From: Felis catus | Taxonomy: Eukaryota | Length of the DNA: 64,000 nt | Direction of reading: 5' to 3' | Assembly: GCF_018350175.1 (NCBI RefSeq) | Contig: NC_058382.1 | Location: 23,002,001-23,066,000 of the forward strand | Position numbers and translations under genes: made by a program | Shown here: piece after piece, positions 22,883 to 36,100 of the stretch | Position numbering within the stretch: position 1 is the first letter of the stretch | Layout: every line of letters starts with the position of its first letter | Notes under the pieces: generated by a model | What the model was told of the DNA's origin: nothing | The model's database searches: none | What the model saw: only the letters and a program-made list of their open reading frames with translations

Positions 22883-23410
22883 ATTCATTCGCTCATTCAT
22901 TTATTCAAACTTCTGTAGACCAGGCTTTAGGTTAGTGCTTCAGGATGGAGGCAAACAGCCCCTGTCCCTGTCCTAGCTCTTAAGATGTTCATAGTCTGAA
23001 TCAAGGGTCAGCAAACACTTTCTGTAAAGGACCAGATAGTAAATATTTTGTCTCCGTGGGCCATATAGTTTCTGTCACTAGGGTAGCAGGAGAGCAGCTA
23101 TAGACAGTATGTAAACAAATGGGCGTGGTGTGTTCTAATAAAACTGTATTTGCCAGAACGAGGGACGGGTTGGTTTTGGCCTGTGAGCCATAGTTTTCTG
23201 ACCTGTGGTCAGCAACTGTGGAGATACACAGCCCAAATTTCAGAAATCCCAGAATATAGTGTCATTAGCTCTGCCCAGAGAAACCATGGGAGCCTTCACG
23301 GAAGAGGTTTCATATGAGTCAGGTCTTGAAGGATGAGTAGGAGTTTGTGGGATGGAAATCTAGGGGAAAGGCATCCCAGACAGAGGTAACTGCACCTGAA
23401 AAACTGCCCT
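22883..23410 (-). mobile_element. L2 3' end interrupted by MER58A
   Basis: TTCATTCGCTCATTCATTTATTCAA terminus, then after the MER58A GAAGAGGTTTCATATGAGTCAGGTCTTGAAGGATGAGTAGGAG...GGCATCCCAGACAGAGG. Confidence 0.65.
23002..23207 (+). mobile_element. MER58A (hAT-Charlie)
   Basis: CAAGGGTCAGCAAAC...CTGTAAAGGACCAGATAGTAAATATTTT...GTAAACAAATGGGCGTGG...AATAAAACTGTATTT...CATAGTTTTCTGACC; flanks GTCTGAAT / GTCAGCAA may be a decayed 8-bp TSD. Confidence 0.85.
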
Positions 23411-23489
23411 ACATGAGTGGTTCTAAAGAATGAGACTCTACATAAATTACAGAGTTATGAGTTATCGCAGAGTTATTTCAGACTCCTGA

Positions 23490-23887
23490 ATCTTCTCCTA
23501 GCCCCACCTGTGCATTTCCTTGTAAAATCCAGTTTTGGCAAGAACCCCTCACCCTTGATACCTGATCAGGTCCTCCTCTGTCAACCCACCGCCCACCCCC
23601 CAGGTGATGTCTCATCACACTGGCCTGTCTGCAGCAAGAATCTTGTTAGGTACATTTAGCCAGAATCTCCCACCTCCGATGTTTCCTCTTAGTGACTGTT
23701 CATACACTGACCTGCTCTTTGGCTATAAATTCCCATTTGCCTGTGCTGTATTCAGAACTGGAGCGTGATCTCTCTCCCTCACTGCAAGACCCCACTGCGC
23801 TGGTACCTACACCTATCTCTATGGCCCTGAATAAAGTCTGTCCTACCATCGTTAACAAGTGTCATTGGGTATTTTGTTTCTTTAACA
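23490..23887 (+). mobile_element. MER39-like ERV1 LTR, 3' portion
   Basis: CCCCAGGTGATGTCTCATCACACTGGCCTG, GATGTTTCCTCTTAGT, GGCTATAAATTCCCA (TATA), CTGAATAAAGTC (polyA signal) and terminal CTTTAACA. Confidence 0.8.
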
Positions 23888-25104
23888 TCCGCTATGAGCC
23901 TGCTAGGTCCCCAGAGCTACAATTATCCAGAGTGTGTCTACCAGGAAGGCCACGTGGGGGTGGTTAGTGAGAGAGTTTCCCTGGAGAGCATCAGCAGGCT
24001 GTGGGGGACGCTGCTGGTGCCAGCCTTCCTGCCCAGCTCCGGCGTCTCTCTAGCCATGACTGGGGCCAGACCCTCAGGCTTCCCTCCATCCGTGGGTGCC
24101 TATAGGGCTGGGGCTGCCCTCTTTGTGGTGCTGGGCTAGCAGCTAAGGGCCAGGAAGTCTCCACTTGTTGTTCTTTCCTTGTGCTGAGGCTGGTCAGCAT
24201 CTCTGCCATTCACTGGGGAAGCCAGCTGGGCCAGCAAAGGGGCTTTCAAGTGACTGGTGACTTGGCCTTTTGCTGTGGGGCTGGCAGCATGGCCTGTGGG
24301 ACAGGGAGCTCCTTGCCTCTGGATTGACAGTTTGTGAGTTTTGAATCACAGTTCTGGATTTGTACTGAGACCCTCCCCCTCCCCACCGTCTGCAGAGCAA
24401 GGAGGTTGGTTTGGAGTGACGCAGCTGAAAGGGGCAGGTCAATGACTATTGCTGCAAACCCGCTGCCTAACTAGCACCCACCTGGCAGCTCTGACATGCA
24501 GTTCTGAGCATGTATGCTTGTCCTTGCCCAGTGGGCAGGCCAGGCGGTCCCGCTGACCTGAGCTGGGCTTGGCAGGGCTCACTCAGTGGCCTGTGGTCAC
24601 TTGTAGGTTCTCGAGGTGCCTTTATTGATCTTCAGCTTTGATCTTCTTCCACATCCAGGCCCTCAGCTAGGACCACAGGGCCAACTTGGCTCTGCTCCTC
24701 AGGTATCCTCCAGCTGGGTAGCCCAAGGCTGTTCTCCTGGAGAAAGCAGAGGAGCAGAAGAGAGTGGGAATCTGGCCTTGGCGGGAATGCTGCCACTTCC
24801 ATGGCGTGCTACTGGCCAAAGTCTTAAGGGTGAGCTAGACTAGGAAACTTCACCTCTTGGTGGGTCACATGGCAAGGGCCCTGCACACAGGGAGGGGTGA
24901 GGGAATGTGGCCACTTTTGTAATCGACCCCCCATAGGTGGACGCCTGCTTCGGGGCAGAACTTAGGATGGACTTGCTTCCTGAATGAGGATCTTCGGGCA
25001 GTGGAGACAGAACCTTCCATTTGAACTGCCCTTCTTCCCACACATGGCACAGTCTTTGCAGACCCTGGAAGTCTTCTGGAAGGGAGATGTCTCATAGTGG
25101 ATGA

Positions 25105-25255
25105 TTCTCACAGCAGACCTGGGAGGTCATCCTCACTATCCCCTTGTTAGATGAGGAGCTAGGGCTCAGAGAGCTTAAGCAACAATCCCACGTTCCCCCA
25201 GCTAGTATATGGCAGAGTCAAGAGTCAGATTCCACTTAGCCTGACCATTGAAGTT
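25105..25255 (-). mobile_element. MIR
   Basis: TTCTCACAGCAGACCTGGGAGG...TTAGATGAGGAGCTAGGGCTCAGAGAGCTTAAGCAAC...CAGCTAGTATATGGCAGAG. Confidence 0.65.
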
Positions 25256-27124
25256 GACACAATTTTTTACCCCCATCCCACAGATTGAAAGACCGAGGCC
25301 CTCCCAGTCAAGTGATAAACTCCCCTTTCTCCAGCCTGGCAGTGGTCTGGCAGATGAATGCTAAAGTTTTTTTATTTTTTTCCTTCAAGTTTCCATCTGT
25401 TCACGCAGCAACCGAATTTATGCATGTTCAGGCACCATCTGTGACTGCAACCCCATTTCCAAATCTGAAAGCATTTTTCCTTTTTGTACTTAACATGCAT
25501 GATGGTGTGGTGGTCCTGAATAAATAACTCATTTTGGATTGCCAAAGTTCCAGGGCCCTCCACGGGTTTTTTTTTTTTCTCTCTGAGGAGGGAGGAAGGA
25601 GGCAAGAATTTTGCTAAACTGGAATTTTGTTTTTCTCACGTGGGCTATTTCTTCTGGCTGACATTTCAGTGGGCTCCCATCTGCTGGCTGCATTTCACGA
25701 CGTCTCTTTGTTGTCTCTTTGTTGTCTCAGACACTGCACACCACCCGTAGGCTCCTGTGCGAATGTGTGTGCTTGTGTGAGTGTGTGAGTTGGTGCATCC
25801 CTGAATGCCCATGTGTCGTGTCTTTGAAAGCTCTTCTCATTGCTTCTCACCTAGACAGCCACCGTGGCCACAGTCACCCAACCTGGCTCTTGGCTTGAAG
25901 GATGGAGAAAGGGGTGACTCCATCATAGGCTTTGCACTTTCCAGAATTTTCCTGGAGTTCTGAGTGGCCAGGAGTGGAGCCTTAGTTTTTTTTTAACTCA
26001 GTGGCCCCAGAAGATAATTTTTATTTTAGACCCCAAGGATTGAATTTAGAAATCTCTTTCCCCAGTCTTTTCCTGGCCTACCCAATAATTATCTGACTAA
26101 ACCATGGCCACATTAATTTTCCCCAATTTTTAGCTCTTTTCTTGTCATGTTCTGTTTCCAACCTTCCATGGATAATGTCCATCATCAGTGTGGCATTCAA
26201 GGTTGGTCCTCTCTGGTCCCTGAGTGTGGACTGCCAGGTCCTCCTGATGCCTCCGCATGCCCCAAACCTTTGCTGTGGCCCCCCCTATCTTCTCAAACCC
26301 TGCTTACCCTTGGGTTGGGGCCACCCCTGTCTACTCTCCTCTGTTCCTAAGAGCCAAGACTGGCATTCTTTCTGAGAGCCAGGTCTGGGTGTTTCCTCTT
26401 GTGTGGCACAGCCTGGTGGGGAGAGGGAGAGTGTGAGGCTGATGCTCCTGGGTTTCTGAGGGAGCCTTGAGACAGAGTCCACTGCACTTATGGCATGGTG
26501 AGCTGGCCTCTCTTGACAGGTTGGGGAATTACGCACCAGGAAGGTGCCACGGTGTCCAGACCCTGAGCACTGAGGTGGGGCCATGTGATCTCTTCATCTG
26601 GGGTGCAGGAAGATCAGATGGCACAGTCCACATAGAGAGCTCACTGCGGGGCCTGGCGCATGATGAGCCCACAGCAGCCATTTCTTTTTTGTGCTGTTTT
26701 CTGGACTGGGGACAGGATCCAAAGAAAACCAGGTAGAGGCTTTACAACATTGCAACCTTCTGAAGGTGTCAGCTCCAGAGAGCACCAAGAACTGTCCTTC
26801 TGAAGGGGAGGGGACCCCTTGATGTTCCCAGGTGTTTCCTGGTGTCTGAAAGCTCTAAACCCCAGCTGTTCAGGATCCAAGCTTTTCTATGACCATCATT
26901 ACTTATAGCACATAACTTCATAAACAGTAGTTTTAAATTATTAAATATTATAAATATGATTTGATATCTTAGTAACACACAGTGTGTTTTACTCCGCCCT
27001 CTAAATCCTCATTCCTAACACCACTCATTGCTATTCGGATGCTTCTTTCTATCTTCTCATGGATGCTGTGGATGATTATGTGGTGTGTGTACTATTCTGC
27101 AAGTTGGGGCTCTAACTGAGGGTT

Positions 27125-27480
27125 CACGCTCTGCCAGACCCTGTGCTGACCAATACACATGGACCTTGTCACCCTGATCTCACGACAGCTCAGGAGGCTC
27201 ATCTTCTGGATGGCAGACCTCTGGCTTAGGGAGACACGTGACAGGTAACTTGCCCACAGGCACATGGCTAGTACAGGGCGTGCAGAAGCCCTAGGTCAGG
27301 CAGTTAGCCCAAGAGGTCCTTTGGCTCCTCCTGAGACCCTGCAGGTGGGCAGGGGAGGGGGACATCAGATATCCCTGTGATGCATTTTACATGAATGACA
27401 AAACTCAGGTTTAGAAAGGTGAGGCGACTTGCCCAATGTCCAATTGCTCAGATTGGACTGAATTTTGTGGATTCTCTCTC
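27125..27480 (-). mobile_element. Two adjacent MIR fragments
   Basis: AGGTAACTTGCCCACAGGCACATGGCTAGTA (about 27245-27275) and TTTTACATGAATGACAAAACTCAGGTTTAGAAAGGTGAGGCGACTTGCCCAA (about 27385-27437). Confidence 0.55.
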
Positions 27481-30092
27481 GGAAATATTTATCAAATCTC
27501 CCCTTTCATTCAACATTCTCTTGGCAGAGCTTCCCCACAAACACATCTGAACATGTGCCTCCCTTCCTTGGCCCTTCTGTGAGCCTTGGCATGACATTCA
27601 AGGCTCCTCACACAGAGTAGCAAAGAACAGAGTGTAAGAGCACCGGCTTTAAAATCAGAAAGACCTGGGTTTGAACAGTTCTGAGCTTTGTGACTCTGTA
27701 CAAGGCTGGTTTTTTTTTTTTTTTTTTTTCTGTCTGGAATACTTCTCAGCCTGCCTGCCCTTGGAGGCAAACTCCTACTCATCCTTTATGACCCAGATGT
27801 TAGGCGTCCTTCTCCTGGGAAGCTTTCCATCCTGCATGTTCCCAGGCCCCATGCCTGGACTGCGCTTCTCTTCCCCGTGTGCTCCCACAGTTGGAGGCGG
27901 TGTCCTGGCTTTTTGGTGGCCACAGCGTTGGTTACAGCAAACAATCATCCTCTCATAGCAGCAGAAGCCCCCCCAACTCGCACCCCCTTACACGCAGTGA
28001 TGTTCATCCACAAGGTCCTGGCCCCTGGAAAGGTACCCTGGAAAGGCCCCTGCACAGATACCGACCCGCCTCTAGCCAGGAGGCCCTGTCCTCTGACAGT
28101 GAGCCTGTGAGCCTCTGGATGCATGAACCTGCCACTGGCCAGGCCCTGCAGGGGGGAGAGACTCAGGAAAGAAGGTCAGACATGTATTTCCTCTTAATTA
28201 GAAACTAATGAGCCATGGTCCCCCAGCTGGTCAGTGTTGTTGGGGCTGTGTCCTGTCAGCTGCAGGCTCAGCCTGTGCTGTCTGCAGCACGGCTTCTGGG
28301 GTGACGGGTGTCCAGGCTTCAGTGCCCACAGAAGGCACATCTGCCAGGCCCACAGCCAAGCCATGTGGTGGGGCCTTTGCAGCATGAGAAAGAGCAGGCC
28401 CAAGCCTCAGGGTGGGACAGGCCCTCGTTCTCTCCCTGCCCATTTCCTTTCCCTCTGGTCTTGCCTCCTGCCTTGGGCTGGTCCCCACGTGGAGCCCTCC
28501 CTTTGGTTTCACAGCCAGACCTTCAAAATGTGGGCTCAGGTATCTCAACGTGGCCTCCTGGCAGGGGATGGTGCTTGGAAGGCCCACTTTTGGCCCCACA
28601 CCCACCCTACTGAAGTGTGGCAGTGAGCACAGCAAGCAGGGACCCCAACACCCCCAGGACAAAGGGACAGAACCACCTTCCTTCACCTCAAGGCCAGGGA
28701 TGTCCTCCAAGCATGTCTACAGGAACCTGCCCTCCTCGGAGGGGAGCACATCCAAGCTCCTGGGCTTATGCTGCAGAGAGTGGGGTTTTGCGGGTCCTGG
28801 CCCTGCCCTCTTATGACCCAGTGGCCTTGGATGTGTCTCCTTCCTTCTCAGAGACTCCGCCCTCTCATTCATACAGTGGGGGCAGCAGCAACACAAACCA
28901 CACTCACCTGGGGTAATGCGAGGGAAACAGTATCCTGCACGACGCAGAGAGCCTGACAAGCTGTGCAGCGCTGTGCTGGCTGTGAGCCATCAGTAGGCAC
29001 CCATCGTGCAGAGACCGAGGACGTGCCGCCGCTGTGTCCGGGGCACAGACAGTAAGGCCAGCGAAGCAAGAACTATTCCTACTCGAGACATTTGATACTG
29101 TACCAGGGAGGCGACTGACATTCAACAAACAACCCCAGACACCTTTAGTGCACTCAGACTATGTCCACATTGGGCCTTTGGGGGCCAGAACGGCACTGCT
29201 TGAGAGGCAACCCAGGGAAGCAGGGTGACAGAGGAGGGGGGGGGAGTGGGGTCTCACACAGTGCCGCAGCGGCAGGTTCTCCGGCTTCCCAATGGGTTTT
29301 TAGTGTTTCCCTGGTGGGTGCCATCTGGGACTTTTCAGGACTAGCGGGTGGATGATCATGGCTTCTGGATATCACAGAACAGTAAAGTGGGAGCCTGGCC
29401 TGCTACATTATTGCCAGACAGAGATATGGTCCCACACCTGCCCTCCACCCTGCCATCATCTCCTGCCCCCCAACATGGGAACACTTGTAACCACAGAATC
29501 TGAAGACATCGGAACTGTACAGGAACCCTAAAATGGCCCCAGGAGAGTCAGGTCCAGCCCCCTCGAGGTTGTTGAGAAGAAAGCAGCAATCGCCATGGGA
29601 TCTGGATTTCATGTTGAGAAAACTCGGGTCAGTCTCGTCCCCTCTTTGGACTTCAGTTTCCCCCTAAGTATGATGAGGAGTTGGGACAGACAGTTGCTAA
29701 GAGCCTTTCATCTGTGACATGCTTATGTTCATAAAAAGCGCTATTAAACAAAAGAAAAAAAAAGAAACACGATAAAGCCTCGTCAGTCATCAGTTTCCAA
29801 GTTTTCTGTGTATTTTTTCATCAGAAGACAAAATGCGATTCAACCATATGTTGGGCCAATTGTTCCCCAAACAGAATTTAAACATTTGAACACGTTTGCA
29901 AGAAGGAAGCAAAGTGAAAGAAACAGTGGGGAGCTGATGCTGATGCTTCCCTAGGGAGGTGCCTCCTGGGAGACTGCGGGGGGCTATGGGTGCTGCCTGG
30001 GGGAGCAGGAGGTCCAGAGCAGGGAGGGTGTGCTTTCTCTGGGATCTAGTTGTATGAAAGGTCGAGATTTGTGGGTCCTATGGTTCCAATGT

Positions 30093-30180
30093 TCATTCAT
30101 TCACACGCATTCATGCTAGAGCACTCAGCCCAAGTCAGCACAGAGCTGGATGCTGGGGACACAGTGGTCAGGAGGATGGC
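30093..30180 (-). mobile_element. L2 3' terminus
   Basis: TTCATTCATTCAC...CACAGAGCTGGATGCTGGGGACACAG. Confidence 0.55.
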
Positions 30181-33100
30181 TAAGGCCCCAGCTGTAGAGG
30201 AGCCCATGGGCTAGCTGAAGAGACAAGCAAGACACAGGGGAATTTCAGCTCTGTGTGACAGGTGCTGGGATGAGAGGGGATGCATGGGGGCAGGGGAGGG
30301 TCCAGAGGGGCTGACACCACAGCGCAGGCCTGAACAGTGATAAGCCAGGCCCCAGTGTTTCCAGAAGGGAGCGGTACATGTGAGAAGGCCAGGCCAGAAG
30401 CAGCATGGCCCATGGAGCTTGTAACAGTCTATGGGGCTATTGTATCAGGAGCTGGGAACTCTGGGGAGAGTTGTAAGGTGGGGCTGGGGAGGCTGGCTTT
30501 TAGAGATCTGGTCACCTGTGGCCTGGGTAACAAGTGTGGGGCAAGGAGATGATGGGATTGCCTCTGTTTTGTTTAGGGCTTTGTGCCCTCCTCTGATGAA
30601 TTGTCAGGTCAGCTGAGGCCCAGAGACGGTCACCAGCTGGCTGCCTTCGGCCAGGCCACACCCCCCAATTCTCCTTTTTTATAATTTGAGGCCAGTCCCT
30701 GGAAGAGGTTGGCAGGTGCTCCTGGGAGTGACCTGGTCCCTGAAGATAGACCTGCAGGTGACACAGGGAGCCTTGGGTTTAGCCCTCTGGGTATGGATAG
30801 GGAAACTAAGGCAGAGAGACATTATTGCCATCATCTAGTGAGATGACAGCAGAGGTGGGATCAGAGCCCACACACATCCTCTCCTAGCTCACCGTGTCCC
30901 CTCCCCTTAGAACACAGCCTCTGGTGTGAGCAGCTTTGAAGAAGGTTCTCGGAAAGGGGAAGTCTTCCTTCTCTGGTCCTGCATAAAGGAAGTGGACACA
31001 GGCCTCAGCATCAGGAAACTTCCCAGACAAGGCAGGACACACTGTTGGTGGGCACTGCAACAGAGGAGGCAGAGCAAGAGGCAGGTGCCTGCCAGGCCCT
31101 TTGGGGGCTGGGGTAGGTGGAGGCTGCAAGTCCAGGACAGAGGGCTATGGATGAATTTGGTGGCTGTTAAGATCCAGCAGTTAAGCCAGGGCAGCTCAGG
31201 GACAGGGAAGTGCTGGGGGAGGGGTGGTGGCTGTCTGCCAGGGGGAGCTGTCTCCCTCCCACCCTCCGGTCCTCCTGTTAATGCTATCCCAGCACCCTGC
31301 AGTGTCTCAGATGAAGGAGAGCCGACAGATGCACACAAATACGGTTTGGTTCAAAGAATGAGCTTAATTAGGCATTTATGCCCATGGTTGTGAGTCCAAA
31401 GTTTTCTCTCTTTTTGGCATGTAATCCAGGAATGTTATTGAAGATGGTTTACAGAGGAGTATCCACATAGTTGGAAAGTGATAAGGCAGATGGTCCCATT
31501 GTCAAAGCTGACCTTTCCCTCCCACCTCTGGAGTAAGTGCTTAAACCCTGGCAGGGCTCATACCAGAGGCCTCACTGTGCAGAGCACTGGGCCCCTTGCA
31601 GCTGGCCTGGACCCAGGGCTGGAAGACACGAGGCCTGTGGGAGCTCAGTCTGGAAGGGCCTGTGCCATGGTATAATATAAGGCATCTGGGGCCCCAGCAG
31701 AACGCTGCTCATTGACCTCTGCCCTGCATAGAGCGGCATCCTGGCCCAGGCAGGAGCCCCAGTACTTCCCGGACCAGGAGAAAGAGTGTTTGGCTTGCTA
31801 TCCTCAGACAGATAAGGCTTGAAGAAGAACATCTTTGTCCTGAGCTCAGGGGAAGGTGAGCGCTATGGTCTGGGGGCGGGGGGCGGTCTGGAGGATTCCC
31901 AGGGGACCATTTCCTTCTCTGCTTACTCCTGTCTCTCTTCTTGGTTTCTCTCTTCTGCCTCCTTCTTTCTGCCTCTTCCTGCCACCCCCTCACCCTGTCT
32001 GTCTGTCTTTCTGCTCTTCTCCAGAGGGAGTTTCAGCCCATAAGGCCCATCTTCTCTCTAAAGCCTTCTTCTACTGTCCAGCCTGGCATCAAAGCCCTCC
32101 CCCATGTTCCCTCCCTCCTGTTCCCATCCTGCTCCCAGGGGCTCCTTGTGCTCCACTCCAGGCAAGCCTCCAACCACCAAGTGCATTTCTGTTTCCAGGT
32201 CTTTGCTCACAGCTCACCCTGCACCTCCACCTAGAACTTTTCCCCCTACTGCCTGTCCAAATCCATATTCCTGTGGCCCACGTCTTGCTTCCTGGCCTCT
32301 TCCAGCAGAGACAATGCTAGCATGGCTCAGAGTGAGCCTGCAGCACCTGCCCAGTTACACCTACCTTATTTCTGTACACAGAGAAGGGCAGTGTAGCCAA
32401 ATAATTTCCCGCACAGTTTCCCCACAAGGAGTAACCTGGTGGTGTGGTTAAGATAATGCCTGCTACCCTTGCACATGCAGACTGCCGTGGGCTGCATGAA
32501 GCAAGTAGTCAATGTGCCCAGTCCCAGAGGCAAAGGGCTCTTGGAATTGCTGGGCCCGACACCCTTCCTCTGGCTGAAAGGGGCACAAGCCAAGAGTGAG
32601 CCTCGCTTCTTCTTGTGCTCAGAGAATGACACCCCATAAGTGCAATATGTTCCTGTCCCTGCCACTGAGGCCCACAGCACAGAGCTAGCTGCCCAGGTTG
32701 TGGTAGGCATGCCCTGTAGCTGGCACACCAGGTTTGTGGTAGGCATGTCCTGCCTGGGGGGTCCCTGCAGGAACGGTGTGTAGCACTCTTCAGCTTTAGC
32801 CTCTACAAAGAAGGCCCCTGCCTCTCTCTGAGGTGCCTTTGAGGGCCTCAGGGTTGGCCCTGTAAGCCCACAGAATGCCTGGGCCCCTTGAGTGAGAGCT
32901 CTGCAGGTACATTCTCCCATCTGCTAAGATCCACCTGGTCATCACATAACATGGGGGCAGGCAGGGCTGTTTTATTTACATGGCTGTTCAGAGATGCAGG
33001 GTACTGAGGCTGGATGCACACTACCGTTGGTGGGCCAAGCCTCACTGAGATCTCGCTGAGTCTTACTAGCGGTGGGCCTGGCCACTCCATGAAGAGAAGC

Positions 33101-36100
33101 AGACTCCAGGAAGCTGCCTGGGGCTTCAGGAGTCTTGCTGCCCAGCAGAGCCTGTGGCCTGTGGTGGAGAGGCAGCTGGAGTGCCCCCGGGCCCACGCTG
33201 TCCCCCTTAGGCAGCTGATGTCTTCTGGAAGCCACAGGTGTCTGCCTCTGCCTGGTGCCCTGTGGGACCTGCAGTGCAATGGGGGTGTTTAGCTGCTCAT
33301 CTGTTCCTGGGGACTGTGGGGGTGGATGGGAAGGCGATATTGCCATTTACCCTCTGGCCCTGAATGGGGCTGCTGGCCCCTACACACCACAGAGGGGTTG
33401 AGGCCTGGAGTGGGCAAGCTGACAAGCTGGGAGAGTGGATTGGAAGGATGGGGCCTTGGTGACTGCTCCAAGAGGGCCTAGTACGTGGGCAGAAGGACAA
33501 GAGAGAAGGGACTGACAGGCTCTGGGGGCCACTAAGTCTGTCCCTTCTGAGACCCAGCTCTGAGGACCCTATGGAGGGGGCAGGTGTCTGGGAACAGGGG
33601 CAGCAGGGGGGAGTAGCACAGTGGTCAGGGCCTGAGGTGGCCAGTTGGGGTCTGCTCTGTGTTCTGGCTCTGTGCTCATCCACAGCCAGGCCTTGGCCAA
33701 GATGCATAACTGACCTGTGATCCAGCAGTGCTGATACTCACGTGATCCTTCCCTAGCACACAGGAAGCCCTCACTAACTGGCCACTATTCCTGCTATTAC
33801 CACTCTCACAGCAGGGTCCCTCTGGGAACCAAGAGACTGACTGGGTTGAGAGCAGCTCCCATTCAGATGCTGGTGACCTGCTTCAGTCCATCTGGATGTC
33901 AGCAGGGGGAGAGGAAGAAGGCTGCCTTCCAGCTTGATGGACATGGGTTACAGATGCAAAGGGCTTCCTGACGGAGTGAGATGGGGCTCTGAGGAGGCTC
34001 CCCCTGGAGCTGTGACTGAGGTGCCCCCCAAGTCCAGGCACCCCTACTCAGGGTCCTCCCTGATGGGGGAGTGAGAGAAGCTCATGTTCTGGGTCAGGCA
34101 ATTCTTACACCTCCTCTCCTTCACCCGGGGCAGGAGGGCACTGGAGGACGGCAGGTTCCCACCTGGCCCAAGCTGTGCCACCTGGCCTGGGCTCATGGGT
34201 GAAGTGAGGCTTCCAGAGGTGTCTCCCAGGCACGGGGTGGGGAGGGGGAGGAAGACAGGGTTGACAAGCTGGCTGGTCTTTGGAAATCCAGAAGAGCTGA
34301 GTCACTTTGTGAGAATAGGCAGGCAGCCAGCAGGATCTGTATTCATGCCACACAGCCCTTAGACACTCCATCTTAGCATTTTTGATTTAATCTATTTTAT
34401 CTTGCAGGATGGGAGGGAGGGATAATGGAAAGAGAGTCTGTTAACGCTGTGCCTGGGAGCAGGCTTGGAGGGCCCCTCCTCTGAGTTTCGTGCTCTGCAC
34501 ACATCGTGACATGGCAGGAAGGCCCTGAGGATGGGCCCCAAGCACAGAGAGGAGTGGCTGGCCTCTGCCCCCAACAGGCAGGGCACAAGTCCAGCTGCAC
34601 CCCAGACTCCACCCTGCTCTGCTGCTTCCGCTCTGGGCCATCTCGCAGACCTGTGGGCATGGGGCCTCCCCATGGAGACTCTGGAGCCCAGAGAGATTGC
34701 GGAATCTGTGCAGGGCCAGGAGAGAGGCTCCAGTTTTAGGAGAGGTGACTGCTCCTTTTCCCGGCTCCAGGGCTCCATGTGTGTGAGGGAGAAGAATCAC
34801 CCATGGGCCTCAGAGAGAGCAGTACCCTGCCTCCTGTTTCTGTCTCCCAGTATGAGAAACAGGTTCTTCCTCCCACCCTCCATCGTCTCCGGAGCCCAGG
34901 TTTGCTGCGTGGGAGGAAGAGGCACGTGGACTCAGTTTGTGGTGTGTTTTACTGGGATTGTCTCCTGCTGGTGACAGGAGCCCAGCCAGTAGGCATGGAT
35001 TTCTGTTTGCCCCTGTGTCCAGAGGCCAGGCAACCTCCAAGGACTGGTTGTATGAGTGATGCTGCTGCTGTGGTGAGGCCATGGAGGGTCCTGAGGAGAC
35101 AGAGCCCCACTCCCTGTGGCAGCTGGGAGCTCTTTGAAGGTGGAGACTGTATCTGATTCATCCCAGGCCAAACATGCTGCATACAGGAGACCAGCAGACC
35201 CTAACCTCATGCCCACATCTACTCAGCGCCCACTGTTCCCATGCCCGCCACTGGTCCTGTCTCCTGAGGGCCTGCCTGAGGATGAGCAGACTTGACTCAC
35301 GCAATGCAGCAGCCCAGGAGTGCTGGTAAGTCAGTGCTCCAGGAGACAAGGATGGGCCAAAGCGGGTCCATGCACCCTCCAGCCTGCTCACGTTCAGAGC
35401 CCAGCTCTAAAGCTTGTTCTGAACATCTCTCTGATACCCTCAGTGGCAGCATGCTTATTATCAGACTGTGCTCTGGCCACTGCCCCTTCCCTATCCACTG
35501 TCACACTCCCATGTGAGGGCTTTCTGGGATCACCTTCTACATAACCTGTTGTGTGTCCAAATCCTTAATCTCAGAGTCTTATCTGGGGAAGTTCATGAAA
35601 TTGTTGGGGAGGGATGCACAACTCAGTGGATGGGTATGATGAAGAAGCTCCCCCCCCCCCCCGGGGCAGACAGTGGAGGCCCTTGTCTTGATGGGTTGGT
35701 ACTCTGGGGCCCTGGGAGGCCTTCCTCCAGCTGGGCACTTGCTGACAGCTATGCACAAATGCATGGGAGTCTTCTGGGCCATCCCCAGCAACCCCAGCAT
35801 TTGGCTTCAACTAGCCCATCTGTGCTGTTCACACTTTGCAAGTATTCTAGAAACCTGGTGTCTTTTGTGGGCAGTGCAAGCACTTTGTTTCTAAACACAG
35901 TCTCCCCCAAGAGATCATGTGTTATAGTAGACCTTGCAATGCCAGGACCAGGGAAAATTCCAAGATGTAAGTCATATCACTCTTGGCCGACTACATGCAG
36001 GGCATTTCATTGCTCTGACTGATGGGCTCTGATGTGATTAAAGAAGCAGTATCTCAGGCCTGGAGATCAATAGATGAGAAAAAGCAATTCTTAAAAACAA

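Noticed and set aside
25701-25727. GTCTCTTTGTT x2 micro-duplication, and long homopolymers (T21 near 27709, A13 near 18446)
   Set aside because: Ordinary slippage products with no further structure.
32693-32752. CRISPR-like repeat-spacer-repeat (also the 14.3 kb array)
   Set aside because: Mammalian context, only two copies or degenerate tandem units, no unique equal-length spacers and no cas genes.
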